The position numbers were made by a program, and so were the translations under genes. This document shows, piece by piece, positions 39,234 to 49,412 of a DNA stretch of 64,000 bases (its first letter is position 1; each line of letters starts with the position of its first letter). The DNA lies in NCBI GenBank assembly GCA_038883655.1, contig JAVZLQ010000003.1:32001-96000 (forward strand). Direction: 5' to 3'. The DNA comes from Candidatus Bathyarchaeia archaeon (GTDB lineage Archaea > Thermoproteota > Bathyarchaeia > Bathyarchaeales > Bathycorpusculaceae). The notes beneath the pieces are model-generated. The model was not told the origin of the DNA. It saw nothing but the letters and a program-made list of their open reading frames with translations, and ran no database searches.

Positions 39234-41010
39234 ACGGTTCAAGAAAGCAAGCGATGGCGTAAGCAACGTGATAGTAGTAATGCTAAGCCTGATTTTGATA
39301 ACGCTTATAGTCTCAAACGTGGTTTTATGGAGCTACCAAATGAACCAGTTCGACCTAGAAAGAATACAGGAAAGCATAAAAGTCGAAAATGTAATACGCA
39401 TTACCAATTCGCCATGGTTTACAACAAATAGCGAATACACAATTTTTATTGGTAGCAGAAACGGAACACACGTAGAGACACATGCTATTGACGGGGCTTA
39501 TGAAAGCTTTATGGAAGAAAACGGCTACATTTACAACCCATCCACGTATAACCCCATAGACTCAACACAATATGTTTCTGGCTCGCTAGCAGATTTAAAA
39601 AACGATGATGATGCGTACCTGACCTTTAGAAGTTACGCCTCGCAAAACATAACGGGCAGTTTTGGCAACACGGTTCAAGGTTCAAATTATACGACTGTTG
39701 GTGCGAACGTCATGTATGGAAGCCTTTTCACATCGCCCCCAGCAACCGTAGTTGCGAAAAACATAACGTTCTACGGCAGAAGCACTTCTCAAACTAGAAA
39801 CGTTAAATGCTTGATTGTTCGGCACAGCGACCTAAAAATAATCGCAATAACGAATCCCGTGTCAATCACAACAACGGCACAATGGTGGACCGCCATTTTC
39901 CCATATCCACCAACCCTAACGCCTAATACAGAGTACCTCTTAATGATAATACCAAACGCGCAGGTCAGATTTTACTACACGACAAGCTCAACCAACCAAG
40001 GATACTATGATACGACTAACAGTTATGCTTCACCAACAGACCCAACGGATGCCTTGAACAATCTTAATCGGTATAGCATTTACTGCAATTATGAACAACC
40101 AGTCGAGTATACTGTTGAAGTGGAGTTTGCTGGAGCATCAAACATGGAAAATTGGACAAGCATAACATGGAAAGTCACCAGTTCTTTTACAGCGGACAAC
40201 GTGAACGTAACATTACAATTATTCAATTACCAGACTAACAGTTATCCAGAAGACGGAGACGGCCATATATCATACGTTTCAAGCGCAATTCCAAACGTTG
40301 ATGAAACGAAAATGCAAACAATAACCGCAAACGCAACGCGCTTTAGGGATAGTTCAAGCAATTGGAAACTGAGGATCAAAGGAGTTAAAGCAACCAATAC
40401 ACAGTTTGATTTAAAATTGGATTTGACGGAATTAAAGCCCGAAATGCAAGATGCTTATGCCCTTAGCATAATTGGCGACTTTGCCATTGACACTAAAAAT
40501 TATCCGATTGCATACATTGAAGCGCTTGAAATTCAAATAAGCCTAAGAGCAAATGACACTATGGAAAATTGGTTTTTGAAAGTTTATAATTGGACAAGCA
40601 CAGAATTCAGCGATGCAATTGAAATGACCTTGACAACAGATTTCACGGATTACGCAGTTAACATAACAGGAAATTGGCAAAGCTTCATTAACGGTGAAGG
40701 TGTAATTCGGATAATGTTCTGCGATGCTAGCCTAGACGCAAACCAAACAACTGTTGATATAGATTTCTTCGCTGTAAGAACAAAAGTTGATGGTGCACAG
40801 TTCAGCGTTAAAAATTCTGGGTCGGCAACGGCTCACATAGTTTCTATATGGGTTATTGATTCAGCGGTTCATAGGCGTTATGAAGCGAATTATTTCGTAA
40901 ATATAGGTGAAGTAGCCACATGCATAAGGGCGGACATAAAGCTTCCAGAAGGAAATTTCATAGTCAAAGTTGTTACTGAAAGGGGAAATATCGCAGTTTT
41001 TACCCTCTAA
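39208..41010 (+). CDS. Large minor pilin/adhesin
   Basis: Class III-like signal SDG|VSNVIVVMLSLIL; Thr/Asn-rich beta domains; C-terminal pilin motif KVVTERGN. Confidence 0.8.
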   Translation: MQSITRHLERFKKASDGVSNVIVVMLSLILITLIVSNVVLWSYQMNQFDLERIQESIKVENVIRITNSPWFTTNSEYTIFIGSRNGTHVETHAIDGAYESFMEENGYIYNPSTYNPIDSTQYVSGSLADLKNDDDAYLTFRSYASQNITGSFGNTVQGSNYTTVGANVMYGSLFTSPPATVVAKNITFYGRSTSQTRNVKCLIVRHSDLKIIAITNPVSITTTAQWWTAIFPYPPTLTPNTEYLLMIIPNAQVRFYYTTSSTNQGYYDTTNSYASPTDPTDALNNLNRYSIYCNYEQPVEYTVEVEFAGASNMENWTSITWKVTSSFTADNVNVTLQLFNYQTNSYPEDGDGHISYVSSAIPNVDETKMQTITANATRFRDSSSNWKLRIKGVKATNTQFDLKLDLTELKPEMQDAYALSIIGDFAIDTKNYPIAYIEALEIQISLRANDTMENWFLKVYNWTSTEFSDAIEMTLTTDFTDYAVNITGNWQSFINGEGVIRIMFCDASLDANQTTVDIDFFAVRTKVDGAQFSVKNSGSATAHIVSIWVIDSAVHRRYEANYFVNIGEVATCIRADIKLPEGNFIVKVVTERGNIAVFTL

Positions 41011-41983
41011 CCATTTCTTCTTTTAAGGCTTTTATCGCTTCTTTCTGATTTTTAACCTCCAAAACATGAATGTTATAGAGTTCAGCCATTTTTTTTCCAT
41101 TATCATTTATTTTTGGAATAGCAATCAAGTAGGCGCGATCTGGAGAAACATCAAATATTTTTGCGAATAAAGCGATAACTGGTTGTTCAGAAACAATATC
41201 TTCAACAGCCATTGCCACGTCAATAACAGTCAATTTTTTGATGGTTTTTCCTTCATAAGCTACTATGTCAAACATGTGATTTGCCCCAGACTTGCCTTTC
41301 AAAAAGGCTGGGCTTTCAACTTCAAAACCATTTTCTAGTAGAAAGTCCCTAATTGGAGCGATTATAACCCATCCGCGTGCTGCCTCCTCCCTTGCCTCCT
41401 CCCTTAACGTGTAAGCATAAACATCCTTTATCACGGCATCTTCAAAAGTGAAGGCTATGTGGCAATCTCTGCAAAAATGCGCCACAACCGGGATGTCAAA
41501 ACTCTTCTTGCAGTCCTTGCATGTACACCACGTTCCAGCCCTACGATAATCAACGTCCGGCTTTTTCAGCTCTTCGTGGCATTTTGGGCATACAAGCTTG
41601 TTTCCCTTTTTATAATTTTCCTCGACATCCATATAGCCGCATTTAACATGTTCAATCAATGCGCTTCTCTGAATGTCAAACGATTTACAGTAGACACAAC
41701 AATAGCGCACTGAAATATTCGCGGAGCCGCATTTTGGACAGTAAATGATTTTGTCGTAAAGCCGCCTCTCAAGTATACCCGCATCATAAAGCCTATTCAA
41801 AAAAGCTTCTGCACCACGAACATCACCAACAATTGCTTCGACAATTGGATAATAATATCCCACTTTGGGGTCATAAACAGGTTCAAGCTCTGTTATTTCC
41901 TCACTCAGAAATTTGTTTAAGAAAACCTGCGTATTACGATCTTTGTAAAGTTCCAAACGCTCCAACTTATCGGGTTTAAGCAT
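41000..41983 (-). CDS. TackOD1-like multi-Zn-finger protein with a C-terminal REase-fold domain
   Basis: CPKCGS..C.YC.S..HVKCG..CPKC..C.DC..C.DC, then G.SG..H.FDI. Confidence 0.75.
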   Translation of the reverse strand: MLKPDKLERLELYKDRNTQVFLNKFLSEEITELEPVYDPKVGYYYPIVEAIVGDVRGAEAFLNRLYDAGILERRLYDKIIYCPKCGSANISVRYCCVYCKSFDIQRSALIEHVKCGYMDVEENYKKGNKLVCPKCHEELKKPDVDYRRAGTWCTCKDCKKSFDIPVVAHFCRDCHIAFTFEDAVIKDVYAYTLREEAREEAARGWVIIAPIRDFLLENGFEVESPAFLKGKSGANHMFDIVAYEGKTIKKLTVIDVAMAVEDIVSEQPVIALFAKIFDVSPDRAYLIAIPKINDNGKKMAELYNIHVLEVKNQKEAIKALKEEMVRG

Positions 41984-42129
41984 CCCTTTCCCAGACTGAA
42001 GACGCTTTAAACTGACTAATGACACTATAACCTAATGATATTTAATGATTTATTTTTTAAGATTTTCACATAAACTTTAAAGGCACCTACAAACTTGATT
42101 TAGTTAGAACAAAGCGGAAAGTAGGTTAA

Positions 42130-42285
42130 ATGAAGACGCAGACAAAGCGATTAGTAAGCTGTCCAAAATGCGGTTTCGCCTTCGATATAACTTATGGTAG
42201 AGCGTTTGCTTGTTCTGGTTGTCCATCATCAGTACAATGCGGAATGGCGAAATGCCCAAAATGTGGAAATGAGTTCCCATTATGA
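42130..42285 (+). CDS. Small Cys-rich zinc-finger protein (51 aa)
   Basis: MKTQTKRLVSCPKCGFAFDITYGRAFACSGCPSSVQCGMAKCPKCGNEFPL*; 7 Cys; below the ORF-track cutoff. Confidence 0.8.
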   Translation: MKTQTKRLVSCPKCGFAFDITYGRAFACSGCPSSVQCGMAKCPKCGNEFPL

Positions 42286-42348
42286 TAAACGACAGTCACA
42301 TTTTTTAACGTGAACAGTCATATTCAAATGCGCAATAGCGGTGATTCG

Positions 42349-43140
42349 TTGGCAACACAAAAACCTCAGAAAACTTCGCTTGTCCGCTGGACATCGCTAA
42401 AGGTAAAAACATTTATACTCATCTTCTTGATTTTAGCAATCCTAATCGAATACGCAATCGTCTTGTACACGAAGGGGTTAGGCCTAACTGAAAATCCTGA
42501 CAACAGAATATTCGGTGTAATAAGCCCACTATTCCACCTAATCCCATCAGCAGTCGTCATAACACTAGTGTTCAGCTGGACTTACCTAACAAGGTGCATG
42601 GCAATGAAAACTCAAGAAACTGCAAAAAGGAAAACTCTAACCTTTAAAAAGGAAAAGCCAAAAACTTCGTTTCTCAGCAGATTGAAGGTGAAGATATTTG
42701 GCGCCAAGATTTTTGTCAGCCTTCAACAGAAAATGGCGAACGCCACGATAAAAAGCGCCTTAACAACCCTTTTGCTATTCATGGTTCTCGCCCTCACAGT
42801 CTCCATTTTAGCATACCCAAGAATAATTTACGAGGCTGTAGCAAGCGCTTACCGAAACGATACCGCTCTTTTGAATTTTGTTAAGGGCACAACAGAAGCC
42901 TTGGCACCAATTTTCTGGCTATTCTCAGCAGTGGGCAACGCCCTCATTCCGCTTGCACCTACATTCAGAGATTTCGTCTTGGCTCTTGGAACAATAATCA
43001 GCCCACTAGTAGGCTTGGATGCTGCTGGAAAATACTTGGCAATCCAGAATGCTGCAGCTTGGTTTTCAGCTCTGACAGCCCTAATTTATGGAGAATACGT
43101 GTGCAGGGGTCGGCGATACAGAATAAGAAGGAAGGGCTGA
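42349..43140 (+). CDS. Hypothetical membrane protein
   Basis: Four or more TM segments; GGTGA RBS before TTG. Confidence 0.7.
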   Translation: MATQKPQKTSLVRWTSLKVKTFILIFLILAILIEYAIVLYTKGLGLTENPDNRIFGVISPLFHLIPSAVVITLVFSWTYLTRCMAMKTQETAKRKTLTFKKEKPKTSFLSRLKVKIFGAKIFVSLQQKMANATIKSALTTLLLFMVLALTVSILAYPRIIYEAVASAYRNDTALLNFVKGTTEALAPIFWLFSAVGNALIPLAPTFRDFVLALGTIISPLVGLDAAGKYLAIQNAAAWFSALTALIYGEYVCRGRRYRIRRKG

Positions 43141-43149
43141 AAGGGAATT

Positions 43150-44016
43150 TTGATGGCTGACCGCCCAAGGTTTGGTCCGGCTGGTGTGCCTCCAACCTTT
43201 CGCATTTTAAAGGCAAAATTGGAAGATGTTCCGAAACTTTTGAAGGATGAGGGGCTTGACGCTTTTGAATATCAGGCAGTGCGATGGGGCACGAAACCTC
43301 AAATGCGAAGGGAAGAGGCTGAAAAGCTTGGTTTAAAAGCTGCTGAAAATGATGTTTGGCTTAGCTTGCACGGTTCGTACTTCATAAACTTCTGCGGCGA
43401 AAAAGAGGTTATAGAGGCGAGTAAACAGCGCCTAATAGCATGTGCAACAGCGGCAGAATGGATGAAAGCTCACACGGTTGTTTTTCATCCAGGCTTTTAT
43501 GGAAAAGCGCCTCGAACAGAGGTTTTCAAAAACTGTTTAGAAGCATTAAAGGATGTTGTTGAATCACTGGAAGCCTTGAACATTAAAAGTGTTAAAATTG
43601 GTCCAGAGACCATGGGCAAACCGTCACAGCTTGGAAGCCTAGAAGAAATACTAAGCCTATGCGAGGAAGTGGAGCAAACGCAGCCTGTGATTGACTGGGC
43701 ACATTTGCACGCTAGGGAAAATGGACGTTTCAAAACTATTGATGACTTCCGCAGTGTAATTGAAGCCATTGAGAATAGGCTTGGAACAGAAGCCATAAAG
43801 AACATGCATTGCCACTTTACGAAAGTGGAGTTTACGGAAAAAGGTGAAAAGTGCCACCACGTGTTAGAAGAGGAAAGTTACGGACCAGACTTCGCGATGC
43901 TTGCAAAGGTCATTGTAGAATTTAACCTAAAACCAGTTATTATAAGCGAGAGCCCAATTTTGGACTTAGACGCCATAAAAATGCGCGACATACTCAAAAA
44001 GGTGCTTAAAAGTTAA
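43150..44016 (+). CDS. nfo: Endonuclease IV (AP endonuclease family 2)
   Basis: H..Y.IN, HPG.Y, ETMGK..Q.G, D.AH..AR, H.HF and ESP....DA. Confidence 0.92.
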   Translation: MMADRPRFGPAGVPPTFRILKAKLEDVPKLLKDEGLDAFEYQAVRWGTKPQMRREEAEKLGLKAAENDVWLSLHGSYFINFCGEKEVIEASKQRLIACATAAEWMKAHTVVFHPGFYGKAPRTEVFKNCLEALKDVVESLEALNIKSVKIGPETMGKPSQLGSLEEILSLCEEVEQTQPVIDWAHLHARENGRFKTIDDFRSVIEAIENRLGTEAIKNMHCHFTKVEFTEKGEKCHHVLEEESYGPDFAMLAKVIVEFNLKPVIISESPILDLDAIKMRDILKKVLKS

Positions 44017-44076
44017 TGTTTAATGCGATACATTTTTGTATGCTTTGTGCAGTGCTGTTCTGTTGTGGTGCACGTT

Positions 44077-45324
44077 TTGTCGAGGCTTAAAGGCTTTCAA
44101 AAACTCACGCCAATAGAAGAGGCGAAAAAGCTCTTTTTCAGCAAACTGCAAATCAGAAAGCCCAAAGCTGTAAGGGTAGAGCTTAGCCAAGCGCTAAACC
44201 ATATTCTGGCAGAAGACGTAATTGCGGATGAAGATTTGCCAAGATTTGACCGTTCAGCTGTTGACGGATACGCCATAAAAGCAGAAGAAACTGTTGGTGC
44301 ATCACAGTTTAAGCCAAAAAAGTTCAGGATAACTACGAAGGAAGAAGTTAGAAGCGGCGAAGCGAAACAAGTTTGGACTGGCAATCCGCTTCCAAGAGGG
44401 ACGGACGCCGTTGTAATGCTCGAGAACACAAAGAGAATTGGCGAGGAAATAGAATTGTGGGTTTCAGTTACACCGGGCGAAAATGTCTCGAGAAGGGGTG
44501 AAGATATTCAGAAGGGAACTGTTGCCGTGAAGGCTGGAACTCGCCTTAAACCTCAGCATTTGGGGTTAATAGCAGCCTTTGGAAAAGCTGAAGTCAAAGT
44601 CTTTGAAAAGCCGAAAGTAGCGATACTTGCAACTGGAAACGAACTTATTGAAGTAGGCACAAATCCAAAGGGAGAGCAAATTTATGAAGTGAATAGGCTT
44701 GTCCTTTCAGCTTTGTGCCGTGAGTTAGAGGCTGAACCAGTTGACTTGGGCATAGCAAGAGACGACGTGGACGAGATAACGGCCAAGCTGAAGACTGGTC
44801 TAGAAGTTGCTGACGCAATAATAACCACTGGAGGCACAAGTGTTGGAATTTCAGACCTTGCCCCAGAAGCTGTTAACAAGCTTGGGAAGCCAGGCGTAAT
44901 AGTTCATGGAATAGCCATGCGTCCAGCCATGCCAACAGCCCTAGCCATACTAAAAGAAAAGCCAATAGTAATTCTTTCAGGCAATCCAGTCGCTGCCATG
45001 ATTGGCTTCGAAGTTTTTGCAAAACCTGTGATAAATGCGCTCATGGGACTAGAAAAGGAGGAACCTAGACCTTTGGTTAAGGCGAAAATTACTAAGCGCG
45101 TAACAACAGCTCTTGGACGCAAAACATTTGTTAGAGTTCGCGTTTTCAAAAGCGAAGGAGAGTATTTCGCTGAGCCCATAAGTGCTCGCGGTTCCGGCAT
45201 AATTTCAACGATGACTAGAGCTAACGGCTACGTCGTTGCACCAGAAAACGTAGAAGGTTTAGATGAGGGCGAAACGGTCAATGTCCACTTGTTTGATTCT
45301 GTCGAGGGAGAAGAAAATGTTTAG
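44077..45324 (+). CDS. moeA: Molybdopterin molybdotransferase MoeA (1)
   Basis: P.FDRSAVDGYA, TG.P.P.G.DAVVM.E, TGNEL and GGTSVG. Confidence 0.94.
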   Translation: MSRLKGFQKLTPIEEAKKLFFSKLQIRKPKAVRVELSQALNHILAEDVIADEDLPRFDRSAVDGYAIKAEETVGASQFKPKKFRITTKEEVRSGEAKQVWTGNPLPRGTDAVVMLENTKRIGEEIELWVSVTPGENVSRRGEDIQKGTVAVKAGTRLKPQHLGLIAAFGKAEVKVFEKPKVAILATGNELIEVGTNPKGEQIYEVNRLVLSALCRELEAEPVDLGIARDDVDEITAKLKTGLEVADAIITTGGTSVGISDLAPEAVNKLGKPGVIVHGIAMRPAMPTALAILKEKPIVILSGNPVAAMIGFEVFAKPVINALMGLEKEEPRPLVKAKITKRVTTALGRKTFVRVRVFKSEGEYFAEPISARGSGIISTMTRANGYVVAPENVEGLDEGETVNVHLFDSVEGEENV

Positions 45325-46567
45325 GAAACTTTTAACTTTCGAAGAAGCCCAGCAGAAAATTAAAAAGTACTTCAAGCCCAAGCCGCTTGGCATTAAGGAA
45401 GTCCCGCTCTTAGAAGCTCACAACCGCGTTCTTGCAAAGGACATAACCGCAGATTTAGATATTCCACCATTCAACCGTTCAACAGTCGACGGATACGCCG
45501 TTAGAGCGCGTGACACATTTGGCTCAGAAGAGAACAAGCCCATAATGCTGAAAATTTGCGGAACAGTGAATGTTGGAGAAAAGCCAAAGGTCAAGGTTGG
45601 AAAGGACATGGCGGCTGAAATCATGACTGGAGCACCCATGCCCGAAGGGGCGGATGCTGTTGTTCCAGTAGAACACACGGAACGAAAAAATGATGTAATT
45701 TATGTTTACAGCGCGGTAGTGAAAGATGAAAACGTCATGAAGGCTGGTTCAGACATAAGAAAAGGCGAAACCGTTCTAAAGGCTGGAAAACTTTTGGGCT
45801 CGAGGGAAATAGGAGTCCTAGCCGCCTTGGGAATGGCAAAAGTAAAAGTTTACATTACCCCAAGAGTGGCGGTTTTGTCAACTGGCGCTGAAATAACGGA
45901 GCCGGGCAAGAAACTTTTTCCAGGAAAAATTTATGACATAAACGCTTACAGCATAAGCGCTGCAGTTCTGGAAAGCGGTGGAAAACCAGTTTACCTGGGA
46001 GTATTCCCAGACGATGAGGAAAAGCTGCAAAAGGCGCTGGAAAGGGCTTTGGCGTCAGCAGACATCATATTAACTTCAGGAGGGGTTTCTGTAGGCCCAA
46101 AGGACGTTATTCCCAAAATCTTGGATTCGCTTGGAAAACCAGGCGTAATAATATGTGGAATTGCCACAAAACCTGGAAAACCAACAACCGTGGCTTTGGT
46201 TAACGGTAAACCGGTTTTTTCGCTTCCAGGACACCCAACATCTGCATTGCTGATTTTTCATCTTCTTGTTCGCCCAGTAATTCTGGGAATGGCTGGAAGA
46301 AAAGTGGATGAAGACTTAACGGTTAGGGCTTTCTCAGCAACCCGGCTTTTTCCAGCAAAGGGTAGGCGAACATTCGTCATGGTTAGGCTTGTCCGTGACA
46401 AAAAGAGTCACCTTTTAGCTGAACCCGTCCAATATGGGCTTTCTGGGGCTATAACAACGCTTGCGAGGGCTGACGGTTTCATTGAAATTGCAGAAAACCA
46501 ACAATTCATAGAAGAAGGCGAAGAAGTCACTGTTAAATTGTTCAGCTTGCAAGGTTTCTCCTTTTAG
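45317..46567 (+). CDS. moeA: Molybdopterin molybdotransferase MoeA (2)
   Basis: PPFNRSTVDGYA, SGGVSVG, KPGKPT and LPGHP.S. Confidence 0.94.
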   Translation: MFRKLLTFEEAQQKIKKYFKPKPLGIKEVPLLEAHNRVLAKDITADLDIPPFNRSTVDGYAVRARDTFGSEENKPIMLKICGTVNVGEKPKVKVGKDMAAEIMTGAPMPEGADAVVPVEHTERKNDVIYVYSAVVKDENVMKAGSDIRKGETVLKAGKLLGSREIGVLAALGMAKVKVYITPRVAVLSTGAEITEPGKKLFPGKIYDINAYSISAAVLESGGKPVYLGVFPDDEEKLQKALERALASADIILTSGGVSVGPKDVIPKILDSLGKPGVIICGIATKPGKPTTVALVNGKPVFSLPGHPTSALLIFHLLVRPVILGMAGRKVDEDLTVRAFSATRLFPAKGRRTFVMVRLVRDKKSHLLAEPVQYGLSGAITTLARADGFIEIAENQQFIEEGEEVTVKLFSLQGFSF

Positions 46568-46898
46568 AAGCTAAATACGCCGTTGCAATCCACGTAAGAA
46601 TTAGGTATGCCACGAATCCTAGGTCTATGATGATATCTGTTCCAAAAAAGTAATAGAGCATAACAGCGGAAAACATTGTAACCATGAAGAAAAGTATGAT
46701 TGCTGTCCATAAAGCCCAAAAACGCTTGCCGAAAACACCGTATGCGGTTATTACGCTTAGGATTCCAATCATGCCAACATGGATTAGGCTTGGGTTTGTA
46801 GCCAAAAAGTAGAAGCATAAAGCGCCGGCAACAATGTAGAATACAAAAGCTAGAAGCATTCCAGTGCTTTCAATTTTGAGTTTAGATTTAATTGACAA
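46542..46898 (-). CDS. Hypothetical small membrane protein
   Basis: Four hydrophobic helices. Confidence 0.7.
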   Translation of the reverse strand: MSIKSKLKIESTGMLLAFVFYIVAGALCFYFLATNPSLIHVGMIGILSVITAYGVFGKRFWALWTAIILFFMVTMFSAVMLYYFFGTDIIIDLGFVAYLILTWIATAYLASKRRNLAS

Positions 46899-47051
46899 TT
46901 TCAGTCCGCTCCTTTTGACTCCTAATGCATTTAACGGCAACATTAATAAATTTAATGTCTAAGAGCTTGCTGCACCACATATGCCACTTATAAAACGAAA
47001 AATTTAGAAACAGACGCGATAGAATATGTCACTCCAAAAAGGAGAAAAAGT

Positions 47052-47954
47052 ATGAGTAAACGCGAACTTTTTACTTCGCAATCAAATGTTTTCAGTGGTT
47101 TCCAGAAAAGCTTCAAAGAAGCTGACTACGTGGTTTTTGGAGTTCCATTCGACGCGACAAGCACATACCGTACTGGCGCAAGGTTTGGACCAACAGCCAT
47201 CAGACAAGCATCGCTAAACATTGAAACTTACAGTTTCCGCACCGAAGTTGACGTTGAAAATCTTAAAATACACGATTTGGGAGACTTGCACGTGACAACA
47301 GACACGAAGGAAACGCTCAAAAGAACAGCGGATGTTGCCGCCGAAATTTTTGATGCTGGAAAGGTTCCAGTGGCAATTGGTGGAGAACACACGATAACTC
47401 TTGGCGTAGTTGCGGGTTTAGGCAGCAAAGCGCAAAATACAACGCTTGTAAGTTTTGATGCGCATCTTGATTTGCGAAACGAGTTTATGAGCTTAAAACT
47501 TTCGCATACAACCTTCATGCGGAGAATAAACGAAGAGTTAAAGCCAGCGAAAATCTTTGAGGTTGGCACAAGGGCGGTCTGCAAAGAGGAACTTGCCTAC
47601 GCGAAAAAGGCGAAAATCGATTTCTTCACGGCACAGCAAATAAGAAAGGAAGGCGCACAAGCAGTCGCGGAAAAACTGAAGGAAGAACTTGCAGCATACG
47701 AGGGCATTTACATTTCAGTCGACATGGACATACTTGACCCGGCATATGTTCCAGCAGTGCAGAACCCAGAACCGGAAGGAATCGAAACACATGTGCTATT
47801 GGATATTCTTGCACGTCTCTGCGACAAACGCGTTTTGGGCTTTGACATGGTAGAAATTGCGCCGAACTATGATCAAGGCGTTTCAGCAGTGCAAGCAGCA
47901 AAAGTAATCTTTGAGATGCTCTGTTGCTTGGAAAAAGCTCGAAAAAGGGCTTGA
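47052..47954 (+). CDS. speB: Agmatinase
   Basis: G.RFGP.AIR, GGEH, DAH.D, S.D.D.LDP and P.P.G. Confidence 0.93.
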   Translation: MSKRELFTSQSNVFSGFQKSFKEADYVVFGVPFDATSTYRTGARFGPTAIRQASLNIETYSFRTEVDVENLKIHDLGDLHVTTDTKETLKRTADVAAEIFDAGKVPVAIGGEHTITLGVVAGLGSKAQNTTLVSFDAHLDLRNEFMSLKLSHTTFMRRINEELKPAKIFEVGTRAVCKEELAYAKKAKIDFFTAQQIRKEGAQAVAEKLKEELAAYEGIYISVDMDILDPAYVPAVQNPEPEGIETHVLLDILARLCDKRVLGFDMVEIAPNYDQGVSAVQAAKVIFEMLCCLEKARKRA

Positions 47955-47967
47955 TTTCACCCTTCAC

Positions 47968-49320
47968 CTAACTTTTACCTTTTAACATTTTGGCAATAAA
48001 AAAACCATTACAAGAATGCAGGTGCGGATAAAGCCGCCTACACTTTTCTAATCCTCTTAATCCGTGCAAACCCATTTCTGGCTCTACGTCAACTAAGGAA
48101 AACTCTGGATACCACTTCAAGAAACGCTCAATAAGCATCTCATTTTCTTCAGTCGTTATGCTGCAGGTAGAATAAACAAGCTTGCCGCCAGGCTTCACGT
48201 TGTCTACGCAACTACAAAGCATCTGCCACTGAATTTCAGCCATCTTTTCAACAGAACGCCTTGTGAGCCGCCATTTAGCTGAGGGCAGCTTTGCAAAGGC
48301 GCCTGTGCTTGTGCACGGAGGATCTAAAATTACAATGTCCGCTTCCAACTTGAGTGGTGGAAGATTACATGCATCCGCAATTATCGGAGTGGCTATTTTG
48401 ACGCCCATGCGGTTGATTTCGCTTTTCCATATGCCAATTCTACGTTTTGAGTAGTCTATTGAGTATATTGCGCCGCGGTTCTGCATCAACTGCGCCAAAT
48501 AAGTGGTTTTTGCTCCAGGAGCAGCGCAAACGTCGAGGACAACCATGTTAGGCTGGGGGTTTGCCGCTTCAGCAGCAAAGCAGCTTGCCTTGTCTTGTAT
48601 GTAGAATAAGCCTTTTTGGAAGCTCTCTATGTGTGTTAAGGGCTTTTGAGCGGCTAAAACTTTGTAGGCATACTTTAGCTCTTTGACTTTTTCGACTTTC
48701 ACACCTTCCTTTTCAAGCTCGCCCAAAATTGTTTCTTCACTAGCTCTTAACGTGTTCAACCTAATGTATGTTGGAGGAGCTTGCAAGTTTGCCTCCAAAA
48801 TTTTTATAGCTTCAACACGCCCAAAAAGCCTAAAACAGTACTTAACAAACCATGTTGGATGAAACGTTAAAAGCGCAACTCTTTCCTCGTCACCTAACCC
48901 ATCAAATGCGACTTGTGGATCTTGAGTGAGCAAGGCGCCCAAAAAAGGCTCAACTTTTTTGAGGCTTTTCCATCCGAGAATTGCACGGGCAGTTTTCGCT
49001 ATATTTTCAGCTTCCTTAACATCGATTTTCGACCAGTCTCTGGCTATGCGCGTCTGGTAAACGTAAAGTCTCAAAAAGGCTTGGACGCCTAAATCGAATT
49101 CGCTGATGGTTTTCGGCTTCAAAACATTGTTTATGAAAGCGTCTATGAAGTTTCGTCGCCTAACGGTTTCGCAAACGAGCATGTGCGCAAGCCGCACCGC
49201 ATCAGCATCGCCAATGCCCAACTGCCTAACAGTTTTAGCCAACGCAAGGCGCTCGCTTAGCTTTTGCATTTCCATCCAGCTTAGGCTTTCAATGGCAAGC
49301 GTCCAAGCTTCTTTAAGCAA
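47968..49320 (-). CDS. RsmB/NOP2 family RNA m5C methyltransferase with a NusB-like N-terminus
   Basis: QDKAS, D.CAAPG.KT, DPPCT.TG and YSTCS...EENE. Confidence 0.93.
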   Translation of the reverse strand: MLKEAWTLAIESLSWMEMQKLSERLALAKTVRQLGIGDADAVRLAHMLVCETVRRRNFIDAFINNVLKPKTISEFDLGVQAFLRLYVYQTRIARDWSKIDVKEAENIAKTARAILGWKSLKKVEPFLGALLTQDPQVAFDGLGDEERVALLTFHPTWFVKYCFRLFGRVEAIKILEANLQAPPTYIRLNTLRASEETILGELEKEGVKVEKVKELKYAYKVLAAQKPLTHIESFQKGLFYIQDKASCFAAEAANPQPNMVVLDVCAAPGAKTTYLAQLMQNRGAIYSIDYSKRRIGIWKSEINRMGVKIATPIIADACNLPPLKLEADIVILDPPCTSTGAFAKLPSAKWRLTRRSVEKMAEIQWQMLCSCVDNVKPGGKLVYSTCSITTEENEMLIERFLKWYPEFSLVDVEPEMGLHGLRGLEKCRRLYPHLHSCNGFFIAKMLKGKS

Positions 49321-49412
49321 CTCTGATTACACCGCTTATTTCATAGTTCTAGAAGATTAATACTTAAGGATATATAAGAAAGCCAATGCAAAATAACCTA
49401 ATTGTGAGTTAG

